From the NCBI GenBank assembly GCA_951406725.2, contig OX597830.1, positions 26,784,001 to 26,848,000 of the forward strand: a stretch of DNA of 64,000 nt, in the 5' to 3' direction. Each line of letters starts with the position of its first letter. Position 1 is the first letter of the stretch. Made by a program: the position numbers and the translations under genes. The DNA is from Octopus vulgaris (lineage: Eukaryota). The notes under the pieces were generated by a model. The model did no database searches. It was not told where the DNA came from and saw nothing but the letters and a program-made list of their open reading frames with translations. Below are positions 1 to 11,717 of this stretch, in pieces.

Positions 1-265
1 TTTTGACCAGCAGATTTAGAAAATAATTTTTTGTAACTAAACATATATACGACGGGATTCTTTCAGTTTCCGTCTACCAAATCCACTCACAAGGCTTTGG
101 TTGGCTCGAGGCTATAGTAGAGGACACTTGCCTAAGGTGCCACGCAGTGGGACTGAACCCGGAACCACGTTGTTCGTTAGCAAGCTACTTACCAGGTTTT
201 AACAATAAAAAGGGGGTAATTGTTCAATTTGGTGATATAATAAAAAAGTAAATAATAATAATAAA

Positions 266-428
266 GGCGTAAGAGCTGCTGTGTGGTAAGTAGCTTGCTA
301 ACGAACAACGTGGTTCCGGGTTCAGTCCCACTGCGTGGCACCTTAGGAAAGTGTCCTCTACTATAGCCTCGAGCCGACCAAAGCCTTGTGAGTGGATTTG
401 GTAGACGGAAACTGAAAGAATCCCGTCG

Positions 429-461
<33 letters not shown>

Positions 462-690
462 GTATGTATGTATGTATGTGTGTGTATGTGCTTGTGTGTC
501 TGTGTTTGTCCCCCCAACATCGCTTGGCAACCTATGCTGATATGTTTACGTCCCCGTAACTTAGCGGTTCGGCAAATGAGATCAATAGAATAAGTACTAG
601 GCTTACAAAGAATAAGTCCTGGGGTCGATTTGGTCGACTAAAGGCGGTGCTCCATCATGGCCACAGTCAACTGACTGAAACAAGTAAAAT
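266..690 (+). mobile_element. tRNA-derived SINE family A (internal TA/TG microsatellite)
   Basis: A-box/B-box head (GTGTGGTAAG...GGTTCAGTCCC), body, internal microsatellite, tail ending GACTGAAACAAGTAAAA. More than 10 copies in the window. Confidence 0.85.
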
Positions 691-699
691 AGCAAGGGG

Positions 700-735
700 G
701 AGATAAGTAGTAAAAGCGGCAAAGGGACATTGGGT

Positions 736-788
<53 letters not shown>

Positions 789-1157
789 AGAGAGAGAGAG
801 AGAGAGAGAGTCTCAAGGAATTGTTTTTTGGGTCAAAGTTCCTGACCACACAGAAGAAACTTTAATTGAGCTGATACAAAGTTGGATTTTGCCTGGGTCT
901 CACACAGTCAGCGATAGATGGTGAGCATATAATAACATTGGTATCCTCAATGGTGGTACCTACACACAAGAGGGTGATTATACACCAACAACATTTTGTT
1001 GATCCTCATGATCAAGACGTCCACACAGAAAATGTGGAAAATATCTGGATGCTGGTGAAACGGAAGTTGAGACGACAGTTTGGGACATTGGACCAATTGT
1101 TTGTTTCATACCTGCATGAGTTTCTCTGGGGTAATTCCACTGAGAAAAAGGAGACAG
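700..1157 (+). pseudogene. Merlin/IS1016-type (DDE_Tnp_IS1595-like) transposase relic
   Basis: Translates across a stop and frameshift as KGHWV..(AG)n..VKVPDHTEETLIELIQSWILPGSHTVSDRW*AY..HQQHFVDP..VHTENVENIWMLVKRKLRRQFG..SYLHEFLW, the typical Merlin DDE C-terminal motifs. Confidence 0.85.
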
Positions 1158-1716
1158 GGATCTTTTCCTTTTGAACGGCAGTTTTCAACACAATTTCTAG
1201 TTAACTAAACACTTTTAAACTTCGTATACTGGTAGAATGTGTTAAAATAAAACATTTTTTTCTCTTGGCTTTCTTGACAAAACTGTAATTTGTAAGTTTA
1301 ACGTAGTTTAATTTTTCGAATTTTAACCAATCCTATCGCCTCTGTTGAGCTAAAATCATTTGCTGCGTCTAAAACAGACAACATCCTGTCACTAACCCTA
1401 ACTCTAACTCTAACTCTAAATTTTAGCCTTTCGTTTTTTTTTTCTTAATTGTTAAATTAATTTAAGGATAACAATTAAGAAAAAAAAAAACGAAAGCAAT
1501 GGAAAATAATTTTAATTTAACAATTAAGAAAAAAAAAACGAAAGGCTAAAACGAAAGCAAAAACTCAAAACAAAAACAAAACGAATAATTTTAGACACAC
1601 GCGTAACAATTAAATTAATTTAACAATTAAGAAAAAAAAACCGAAAGGCTAAAATTTAGGGTTAGGGAAAGGGTTAGTGACAGGATGTTGTCTCAGTTTT
1701 AGACGTAGCAAATGAT

Positions 1717-3015
1717 TGTAGCAATATCGTCACACTCATTGCTATCTTCTCTGTTTAAGAAGAGTATTAAGAATAATCTCGTTCGAGATTACAAACATCT
1801 TCGACTAGTTTAACATTGTTGTAAACTCTAATTCGATTGGCTGATATGTGGTCTCTACTACGTTCGCGCCGCTGGTTGTCACGTGACGCGATTTGCCTCC
1901 GCTTATTTTCGCGCCATTGTTCCAAGCAGCCAATCACAGCTTTCCATTTCTGAAGTTCATTTTGAACCATATAAACCTTATATAAAGAAGGGTTCTCAGA
2001 CAAATATTCGTCTTAGGTTTTAAGTCCTTCTCAGGGCGAACCTCTGACCACACAAAGTTCGTCTTAGGTTTTTAGTTCTTTTCAGAGCTAAACCTCTGAC
2101 CACACAGAGTTCGTCTTAGGTTTTTAGTTCTTTTCAGAGCTAAACCTCTGACCACAAAGCTCGTCTTTGGTTCTAGTTCTTCTCAGAGCTAAACCTCTGA
2201 CCACACAGAGCATACTCGACCATGTTCCAGTTCGAAAGGCAGGCGACCACCATTAATACAAGATGTTACAGATACCTCTCATACTGTTAGTGTGAAAATA
2301 TCACCATGAAAAGAACGGTTACAAGATATCTATAACCAGAGAAAAATAACTAAGCAGAATATATAATGAAGACGCAGCAAAAACCAAGCGACAGACACAA
2401 CTCATCGCCAAACATCGTCTCTATCTACTAAGGTTTAATTTGTACACAAGACAACTACAGATTCAACTATAGCGGTTAGGTGAAAATCTCACCACGGGAA
2501 AAACGGCTACAGTTAACACATCTGGAAGTATATTCATATCAAGAGGAAGATAAACACAACAAGTGATTCAATTAATCTCAACTACGAGACGCAACATCTT
2601 GATATGGAACTGTTATCCTCCGTGTACCTCATAAACGGTAAATCAATTATCTGTCTTGAGTTCTAGTTCTTCTAAGAACTACCTTAAGCCATCTGCTACT
2701 ACCTGTTGCTAGGCTGATACCAACAACATGAACTGTGAACCAAATTCCATTGTTATTTCTCTGGTCAGTACCTTTTATGCCTCACGAACACACAGACACA
2801 AAACATGCTAACGCTTACGAACTCTTAAAATCCACATGATTGTAAAATACGTAAAATAAATAATATTTATCTACCGACAGAAGACTTGTGTCAATTCACT
2901 TATGTACTATTGTCGTTTGTATGTAGTTTATGGCTTTGAATAATTCGTTATGAGTAGAACCGCGTGCAATCGTATTTACTACACGATATGACCAAGCGTG
3001 ATCCTATTTCTTACA
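1717..3015 (+). mobile_element. Solo LTR (1299 bp), Ty3/gypsy-like
   Basis: TGTA...TACA termini, 4-bp TSD TGAT (1713-1716, 3016-3019). Excising it restores the MITE right arm. Contains CCAAT, CACGTG, TATAAA (about 1970-1986) and AATAAA (about 2855). Confidence 0.85.
2007..2210 (+). repeat. About 51-bp tandem repeat x4 inside the solo LTR
   Basis: Unit TTCGTCTTAGGTTTTTAGTTCTTTTCAGAGCTAAACCTCTGACCACACAGAG occurs four times just downstream of the TATA-like box. Confidence 0.9.
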
Positions 3016-3285
3016 TGATTTTAGCTAAATAGAGGGCATAGGATTGGCTAAAATTCGAAAAATTAAACTACGTTAAATTTACAAATTACAATTTTCTCAA
3101 GAAAGCCAAGAGAAAAAAATGTTTTATTTTGACACATTCTACCAGTGTACGAAGTTCAAAAGTGTTTAGTTAACTAGAAATTGTGTTGAAAACTGCCGTT
3201 CAAAAGGAAAAGATCCGGAGACAGTCTTTATGCTGTATAAAAAGCTGCTTCTTTTACTACTTATCTCTCCTTAATTTTATATACT

Positions 3286-3513
3286 GGCGAGCTGACAGAA
3301 TCGTTAGCACGCCGGGCAAAATGCTCAGCAGTATTTCATCTGTCGTTACGTTCTGGGTTCAAACACCGCCGAGGTCGACTTTGCCTTTCATCCTTTCGGG
3401 GTCGATAAATAAAGTACCAGTTGCGCACTGGGGTCGATGTAGTTGACTTAATCCCTTTGTCTGTCTTTGTTTGTCCCCTCTATGTTTAGCCCCTTGTGGG
3501 CAATAAAGAAATA
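3286..3513 (+). mobile_element. tRNA-derived SINE family B (Meta-domain-like core), monomer
   Basis: Head GGCGAGCTG(A/G)CAGAA, core GCCTTTCATCCTTTCGGGGTCGATAAA. 13-bp TSD AATTTTATATACT (3273-3285, 3514-3526). Confidence 0.9.
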
Positions 3514-3781
3514 AATTTTATATACTTTTCTAAAAATAGCTAAACTGAACAATTATCAAAAAGAGACGTAGTTGGTGGTGGTGGTGGTGGTGGGGCTCGA
3601 TTCGTTCGACTGAAACCCATCAAGCTGGTTTTCCCCGCATCGGCGCCGTCAAATGACTGAAACAAGTGCAATATAAATGATGAGACAAATAAAGTAAATA
3701 AATGTATTAAAAACCCAGAACTCTTTGTAAACGGTGATAAAGGAGTAGTCTCCAGAAGTTGAATTTAGAGTTACCTCCCTT

Positions 3782-3835
3782 AACATTTACATTATTTTGC
3801 GCAAGCAGACCAGATCGGACCGACTCCGCTGTTAT
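3782..3835 (+). CDS. MSRA: MSRA putative exon 1 (5' UTR plus the first two bases, AT, of the start codon; 5' boundary unknown)
   Basis: Strong donor AT|GTAAGT at 3834-3841 in a CpG-retaining unique stretch. The exon 2 acceptor (20575) contributes a single G before the open frame TTT CCT AAC, so the junction makes an in-frame ATG. No transcript evidence. Confidence 0.55.
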
Positions 3836-4338
3836 GTAAGTACGGCCGCATTTTTACATTATCATCTTTTTGGATTATCATTTCTGTTTACTGTACTATT
3901 TTTAACACTCAACTAAATACAGAAGTACCCTCAGATTTTCTCAATTTTATAATACTTTTTTATAATACAATTTTTGGCAATTTGTTTTAAAACAACGGTG
4001 TCATTAAGACTTGCTCGATCGCAATGTCATTATTTTGACACCAACTAAACTATCCCGGCTGTGATCTTCATCAGAAATAGTGTGTCTTAGACAAAATTAT
4101 CTAGTCTCGTCGCATATCACTAAGACAATCGGATGGTGTGTGAGTGTATATGTTTGTTTTAAGAGGGATTTTTTGTTGTTATTTTTAGTATATAGATGTT
4201 GCCATTCGATGAGTTATTTTACACTTACTACACCGCAATAAACCACCGGCCAAGGATTGCGACCTATTTAAATGATCGTAAACTTCCTTCTAGAATCAGT
4301 TCATTGAGATGTTTTGTGCTATTGAATATATATATATG

Positions 4339-4385
<47 letters not shown>

Positions 4386-4387
<2 letters not shown>

Positions 4388-4680
4388 CGATGCATGGCTC
4401 AGTGGTTAGAGCATTGAACTGACGATCGTGAGGTTGTGAGTTCGAATCCCGGACCGGGCTGCGTGTTGTGTTCTTGAGCAAGACACTTTATTTCACATTG
4501 CTCCAGTTCACTCAGCTGTAGGTGCCAAGCTGTATCTCCCTCTGCCTCTCCCTTGGATAACACTGGTGACGTGGAGAGGGGAGGCCAGCATTCCATAAAC
4601 AACCTTGCCCGGACTTGTGCCTGGGAGGGTAACATTCTAGGTGCAATCCCATGGTCAGTCATGACCGAAGGGGGTGTCAG
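4386..4680 (+). mobile_element. tRNA-derived SINE family D
   Basis: TGGCTCAGTGG A box, GAGTTCGAATCC B box, CORE/V-like TGTTCTTGAGCAAGACACTT. Related heads at 36913, 37164, 41855 and 63448. Confidence 0.8.
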
Positions 4681-4818
4681 TATATATATATATAATAGGG
4701 TACCTGTATTCTTCAAGAATACAGGTATTGTCAAAGACACATTATTTCTGATAAAGATTGTGGCTGGGACATCCATTTATCTGCCATTTTCTTCTCCTTG
4801 TTTTCCCCTCTCTATATG

Positions 4819-5351
<533 letters not shown>

Positions 5352-5447
5352 ATCAATATAGGGTGGCAAAATTTTTGTAGAATTTTTTTGCCACCAGCGG
5401 CCTAGTGGGAAAAATTTAAATAGTCATAGACCATTTTTAAGTTCAAC

Positions 5448-5674
5448 ATCACAATCAAGGAACAGCCATAATAGGCCATTCACCCACTAGAAATAACAGC
5501 CAAAGCTTCAACCGCAAAAAATAACATTAATTCCGTAAACCAGGAGAAAATTAAAAATTTACAGGGTAAATGTTTTTTAATTTTCTCCTAGTTTACGGAA
5601 TTAATGTTATTTTGCGGTTAAGCTTTGGCTGTTATTTCTAGTGGGTGAATGGCCTATTATGCCGTTCCTTGATT

Positions 5675-5679
<5 letters not shown>
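5448..5679. repeat. Near-perfect palindrome with arms of about 110 bp
   Basis: ATCACAATCAAGGAAC...GGAGAAAATTAAAAA is mirrored by TTTTTAATTTTCTCC...GTTCCTTGATTGTGAT around a short centre. Confidence 0.9.
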
Positions 5680-5772
<93 letters not shown>

Positions 5773-5773
5773 A

Positions 5774-5840
<67 letters not shown>

Positions 5841-5877
5841 GTGTATATATATATATGTATATATATATATGTATATA

Positions 5878-5924
<47 letters not shown>

Positions 5925-6082
5925 GTATATATATATATGTATATGTATATATATATGTATATGTATATATATATATGTATATGTATATATATATGTATAT
6001 ATATATGTATATGTATATATATATGTATATGTATATGTATATATATATGTATATGTATATGTATATGTATATATATATGTAT

Positions 6083-6151
<69 letters not shown>

Positions 6152-6444
6152 GTAGTGGTTCATGCAGGCATAGCGTAGATCCGATCCTCAATAACCAAAT
6201 TTCACCTAACAGTTCAACAGCACTTTTCTCACGGTAGAACAATAGTTTTTCTGTGAGTACCAGCAGTTACATTTGCCAGATGCCTTCACTAAGCAGAATA
6301 ATGTCTTTGCCACTTGACCTTTCTAACCTCTTCTAGGCCACCAAAAGCTAGAATAGAGATAGCAGACCGCCAATGATATCTATTGTTCTCAACAATATAT
6401 CTCTCCTTCTAACTAGTTTGGGTAATTAATAAATACTAAAACAC

Positions 6445-6851
6445 TGTAGGAAAAAGTTAGCTGGCAAAAAAGAGATGACACAGAGGTGACCACAGAAGGC
6501 TTACAGTGAGAATGTCAACTATGATACAGTGTCTTATCACAACACCACTGCTGTTTAAATGTCAGGCACCGTGAAGGTATCATTTTATTGACTGCCTATG
6601 CTTAACATTCACTCTATCTTCGTCTAATTCTTACTTGGGCAGCTAGCAGTTGACCAAACATAAACAGCGACAACATACAAGAAAAGATAACTCTATTGTT
6701 TTTATACGATACACACACTTGCTCGTCGAGGCAAGGCATTATACAAAGTAACGGTAAATAAATATTTCTTTACATCTTCGATCACTGTCCTTGTACCATC
6801 TTGCACACCGGCAACCAACGCCTTAACAACAACCGTTACAATTGGTGACCC
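6445..6851 (+). mobile_element. Probable gypsy-type 5' LTR with primer-binding-site remnant
   Basis: TGTA...TACA (6445-6840) immediately followed by atTGGTGACCC, AATAAA near 6757. No partner LTR or TSD found. Confidence 0.45.
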
Positions 6852-7922
6852 TCAATTTCAATGAAGAACTGACCATTACACACACATATGTGTATATAAT
6901 TGAAGAAAATGGAGTCAAGAAGAAGGAGAACAGTTGGGCATTTATTTATTATTCACTACAGTTGTTTTGATGCAACGTAACACTTCAAGAATACAGGTAT
7001 TTGATTATGCAACTGTTTGTTTGCATGACAAGATCTAGTTACATTTCCTCAGGTGGCATATGAGTGTTGTCTCCATTAGTTTAAAATCACCGACTTCAAG
7101 GCTATCTTCTTTGTTCATCATGGTTTGAATTTAGTAGCAGTTAATAGACCCATGGTGTTTGCTATGAGAGTGCATAATGCTCATTTTGCATTTGCATGAT
7201 TTTGGGTTCTGTTCCACTGCCAGCATTTTAGACAAGTGTTTCCTACTATATATACCAGGTGACCAATGGTGTGTGAGTGAATTTGGTAAATGGAAATTTT
7301 GGAGGCTTGTTGTGTGTCTAGGCGTGGCTATAGGGTAAGAGACTTGCTTCATGGCCTCATACTTTCGGATTCAGTCTTGCTGCAGAGAATCTAGAGCAGG
7401 TGTCATCTACTGTAGCCTCAAGGTAAGCAAATCTTTGAGAATGGATTTAGTAGATGAGAACTGAAAAAAGCCTGTAACAGAATAAATGAGTAAAAGGATA
7501 TGAAGTATTGTTAAAACCAATAAATACATACTAAAAAGTACTCAATACATGAGATTCTGTTTATTTGTATTTGTCAGTTGCACAAAACACAAAGACAGGG
7601 CAGTAATGAAGATTATTCAGCCCCACCCCTCACACAAACACATACACAACACACACACACGTGCACTCATGCACAGAAATTCTGTGTTGGACAGTTTCAA
7701 GTAATCGAACCTTTTAGCGTTCCCTACCTAAATATATTAGGTCATGCATCACAATCAGAGCATGACCGCTAAAGTAATAATACACTCCTTCTTAGCTCTT
7801 AAAGTAAGGTATTTTTAATATGCGTGTCATATTTTTAATATGTGTTTGTGTATATATATATACACACACATATATGTTTAGTTATATTTGTTTATACGTC
7901 TATGTATATAGATTCATGTCTT

Positions 7923-7962
<40 letters not shown>

Positions 7963-8048
7963 AAGCAAATAAGTAACAAGGATTCCAAGTATTAGAGCTG
8001 TACGGATAGTACTGGACTATATATGTATATATATATATATATATATAG

Positions 8049-8092
<44 letters not shown>

Positions 8093-8096
8093 CGCA

Positions 8097-8395
8097 TGAT
8101 CACGTGACCGACCAGACCATCAGATGTTGCTACACATCGCTGGTCACAATGCGTTCGCATTGTTTTAGCCTTCGAATGACGCCACCCCGCTGGCTAAGCG
8201 AGCAGGCCAACAGAAGAAAGAGTGAGAGAAAGTTGTGGAAAGAGTACAGCAGGGATCACCACCCCCTGCTGGAGCCTCGTGGAACTTTTAGGTGTTTTCG
8301 CTCAATAAACACTCACAACGCCTGGTCTGAGAATCGAAACCGCAATCCTACGACCGCGGGTTCGCTGCCCTAACCACTAGGCCATTGCGCCTCCA
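8097..8395 (-). mobile_element. tRNA-derived SINE family C (tail type 1)
   Basis: Reverse complement of the copies at 8706 and 22353. Head GGAGGCGCAATGGCC(C/T)AGTGGTTAGGGCAGCG. Confidence 0.9.
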
Positions 8396-8396
8396 C

Positions 8397-8691
<295 letters not shown>

Positions 8692-8705
8692 CATATATAT
8701 ACATG

Positions 8706-9011
8706 TGGAGGCGCAATGGCCCAGTAGTTAGAGCAGCGGACTTGCAGTCGTAGGATCACGGTTTCGATTCCCAGACTGGGCGTTGTGAGTGTTTATTGAG
8801 CGAAAACACCTAAAGCTCCACGAGGCTCCAGCAGTGGGTGGTGGCGATCCCTGCTGTACTCTTTCGCCACAACTTTCTCTCACTCTTTCTTCTGTTGGCC
8901 TGCTCGCTTAGCCAGTGGGGTGGCGTCATTCGAAGGCTAAAACAATGCTAAGTGCATTGTGACCAGCGATGTGTAGCAACATCTGATAGCCTGGTCGGTC
9001 ATGGTGATCAC
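8706..9011 (+). mobile_element. tRNA-derived SINE family C (tail type 1)
   Basis: A box TGGCCCAGT, B box GGTTTCGATTCC, tail ending GGTCGGTCATGGTGATCAC. Confidence 0.9.
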
Positions 9012-9317
9012 AGTAATATATATATACATATATATATATATATCTATACATATATATATATATATACATATATATGTATGTATATACATACATGCATGCA
9101 TACATACATCATACATATATATACATATATATGTATGTATATACTCATATACATGTATATACATACATACATACATATATATACATATATATGTATGTAT
9201 ATACTCATATACATGTATATACATACATACATACATACATATATATAAATATATATGTATGTGTGTATATACTCATATACATGTATATACATACAAACAC
9301 ATACATACATACATATA

Positions 9318-10588
9318 CAGGGGTTGGACAAAATAATGGAAACACCTTAAAATTTCAAACATATTTATTTTAATATGGGGTAGGACTACCTTTGGCAGTA
9401 ATTACAGCTTGAATTCTACAAGGTATGGACTCATACAAAGTTTGAATTGTTTCCAAAGGAATTTTTGTCCATTCTTCAACTAAAACAGTCTCCAGTTCTT
9501 GTAGTGATGATGTTGGAGGATATCGACTCCTAACTTATTTTTCTAAAATGCACCGTAAATGTTCAATAATTTTGAGATCTGGGGACTGCCGCAGCTAGAG
9601 ATGTTCAACTTCATTAGAGTGTTCCTTGTGCCATTCAGTAACAAATTTAGCTGTGTGAATTGGTGCATTATCATCCTGAAAGATTGCATTTCCCTCCAGA
9701 AACAGTTTTGCAACCTTAGGATGAATTTGATCAGATAAAACGTTTAAATTGTTTTGACTATTAATTTTGCTATGAAGGGAAAGTGTTAGGCTGGTGGATT
9801 TCCAAGATATAGCCCCTCAGATCATCACAGATTCACCTCCATGTTTAACAGTTGGAAGAAGGTAGCCTGGGTCAAATGCTTCTTTTGGCTGTCTCCACAC
9901 ATATATACGGCCAATGGTCGGAAATAAGGTAAAGGATGACTCGTCCAAGAAAATAACATTCTTTCACTGCTCTAGGGACAAATTCTGTATGTTTTTATTC
10001 CACTCTAAATGCTTTGCAACGTTTGTTTTTGAAAGTAGTGGTTTTCTGATTGTAGCCCTCCCATGAAATCCAGCTTTGTGCAGCTCCCAGTAAACAGTTT
10101 TTGTGGAAACTGGGTTCTCAAGGTGGTCATTAAGCTCTGCAGTAATTTTTGGAGCTGTACTTTTGTGATCCTTCCTAACAATTTGCGTAAGAGTCCAACT
10201 TTCTCTATCTGAAAGTTTTTGTTTCCTTCCAATGTTTTGTTTCAATGAGGAGGTTTTTCCCTCTTTCTCAAAGGCTGTCATTACTTTCAAGACAGTACTT
10301 CTTGATACAGCAAACATTTCAGCTGTTTTCATTACACTAGCACCTGCCATACGATCACCGACAATTTGACCTCTTTGAAAGTCTGATAGATCTGTCATTT
10401 TAATGAATTTTACTTACCTGTTTCTGATGATATCTGCAAAGAAACTGCAATTTTAGCAAAACATATAAAGCAACACTAATGATAAATCAAAAAAACATAA
10501 AAATAAACAAGCTTTTCACCGTTTTATAGATATTTCAAAATTATGATGGTATGATGCTAGGTGTTTCCATTATTTTGTCCAACCCCTG
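9318..10588 (-). mobile_element. Full-length Tc1/mariner element with a decayed transposase
   Basis: Perfect 30-bp TIRs CAGGGGTTGGACAAAATAATGGAAACACCT with TA TSDs. Minus-strand ORF from 10398 (MTDLSDFQRGQIVG..HTH..RKPLLS), continuing through stops and frameshifts into FQDDNAPIH. Confidence 0.95.
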
Positions 10589-11310
10589 TATATGTGTGTG
10601 TGTGTATCATCATCATCATCATCGTCATTTAACATCAGCTTGATGATGATGATGATATACACACACACGTGCGCGCGCACACACACACACACACACATAC
10701 ACACACGCATATTATACATATGTGTGTGTGTACATATATATTTTGCTTTTATAAATATTCTTATTCGCTTGTTTTACTTTCAAACCATTGAATTTCTGAA
10801 ACTTAGGTTTATATTTCTTAAATTCTATTTTATTTCATATTTGAATCTGTTTTCATGTTGCCATATTTTTAAATTTGTGATTTGATTGAGTTTCAAGTTA
10901 TTTTGTGATTGTGGAATCCAATTTTTAAAATCAAAGTTGCCTCTTTCTCTTCCTCCCTTTCTCTTTACTTCTTTCTTTCTTTCTTTCTCCAGCTTCCTCC
11001 CTCCCTCCTTCCTTCACTACCTCTCCCTCTTCTTCCTGCTCCACACTATTTACATAACATTTTTCTTCTTCTTTCTAATGTTATATCTACAATACTGTAA
11101 AAAATGGTACTAATGTTACTTTACTCACCTCAACATCTCACGCAAACACACATACACACACACACACTTTTTTCAATTGTACACTTGTCTGTATCTTATC
11201 TACACTTACAGACTATTTAGACCATTGGTTCACAACCATTTTAATATCCAGACCAGATCCAAAACCTGGGTGTTTTTAGAGGCCTGCAACCTTTTTAATA
11301 TCTGGGCCAG

Positions 11311-11717
11311 ACGAGCAGCAAGCTGGCAGAAACGTTAGCACACTGGGTGAAATGCTTAGCGGTATTTCGTCTGTCTTCGCAATCTGAGTTCCAATTCCGC
11401 TGAGGTTGACTTTGCCTTTCATCCTTTTGGGGTCGATAAATTAAGTACCAGTTACGCACTGGGTTCGATGTAATTGACTTAATCCGTTTTTCTGTCCTTG
11501 TTTGTCCCCTCTGTGTTTAGCCCCTTGTGGGTAGTAAAGAATTAGGTATTTCGTCTGTCTTCATATTCTGAGTTCAAATTCCGACTTTGAGGTTGACTTT
11601 GCTATTCATCCTTTTGGGGTCAATAAATTAAGTACCAATTGTGTACTGTGGGCGATCTAATCGACTGCCCCCCCCCCCTCCACAAAAATTTTGGGACTTG
11701 TGCATAGAGTAGGAAAG
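11311..11717 (+). mobile_element. SINE family B, dimeric form
   Basis: Head + unit + second unit with an alternative tail. 14-bp TSD AATATCTGGGCCAG (11297-11310, 11718-11731). Confidence 0.9.

Larger units (their letters stand above)
1158..3216. mobile_element. Merlin-type non-autonomous DNA transposon (long-TIR MITE), interrupted by a solo LTR
   Basis: TIRs begin GGATCTTTTCCTTTTGAACGGCAG / end CTGCCGTTCAAAAGGAAAAGATCC. Perfect 8-bp TSD GGAGACAG at 1150-1157 and 3217-3224. Arms are about 300 bp once the LTR is removed. Confidence 0.9.

Noticed and set aside
1392-1678. Interstitial telomere (CCCTAA/TTAGGG-like hexamers)
   Set aside because: Only a few degenerate units, lying symmetrically inside the MITE arms.
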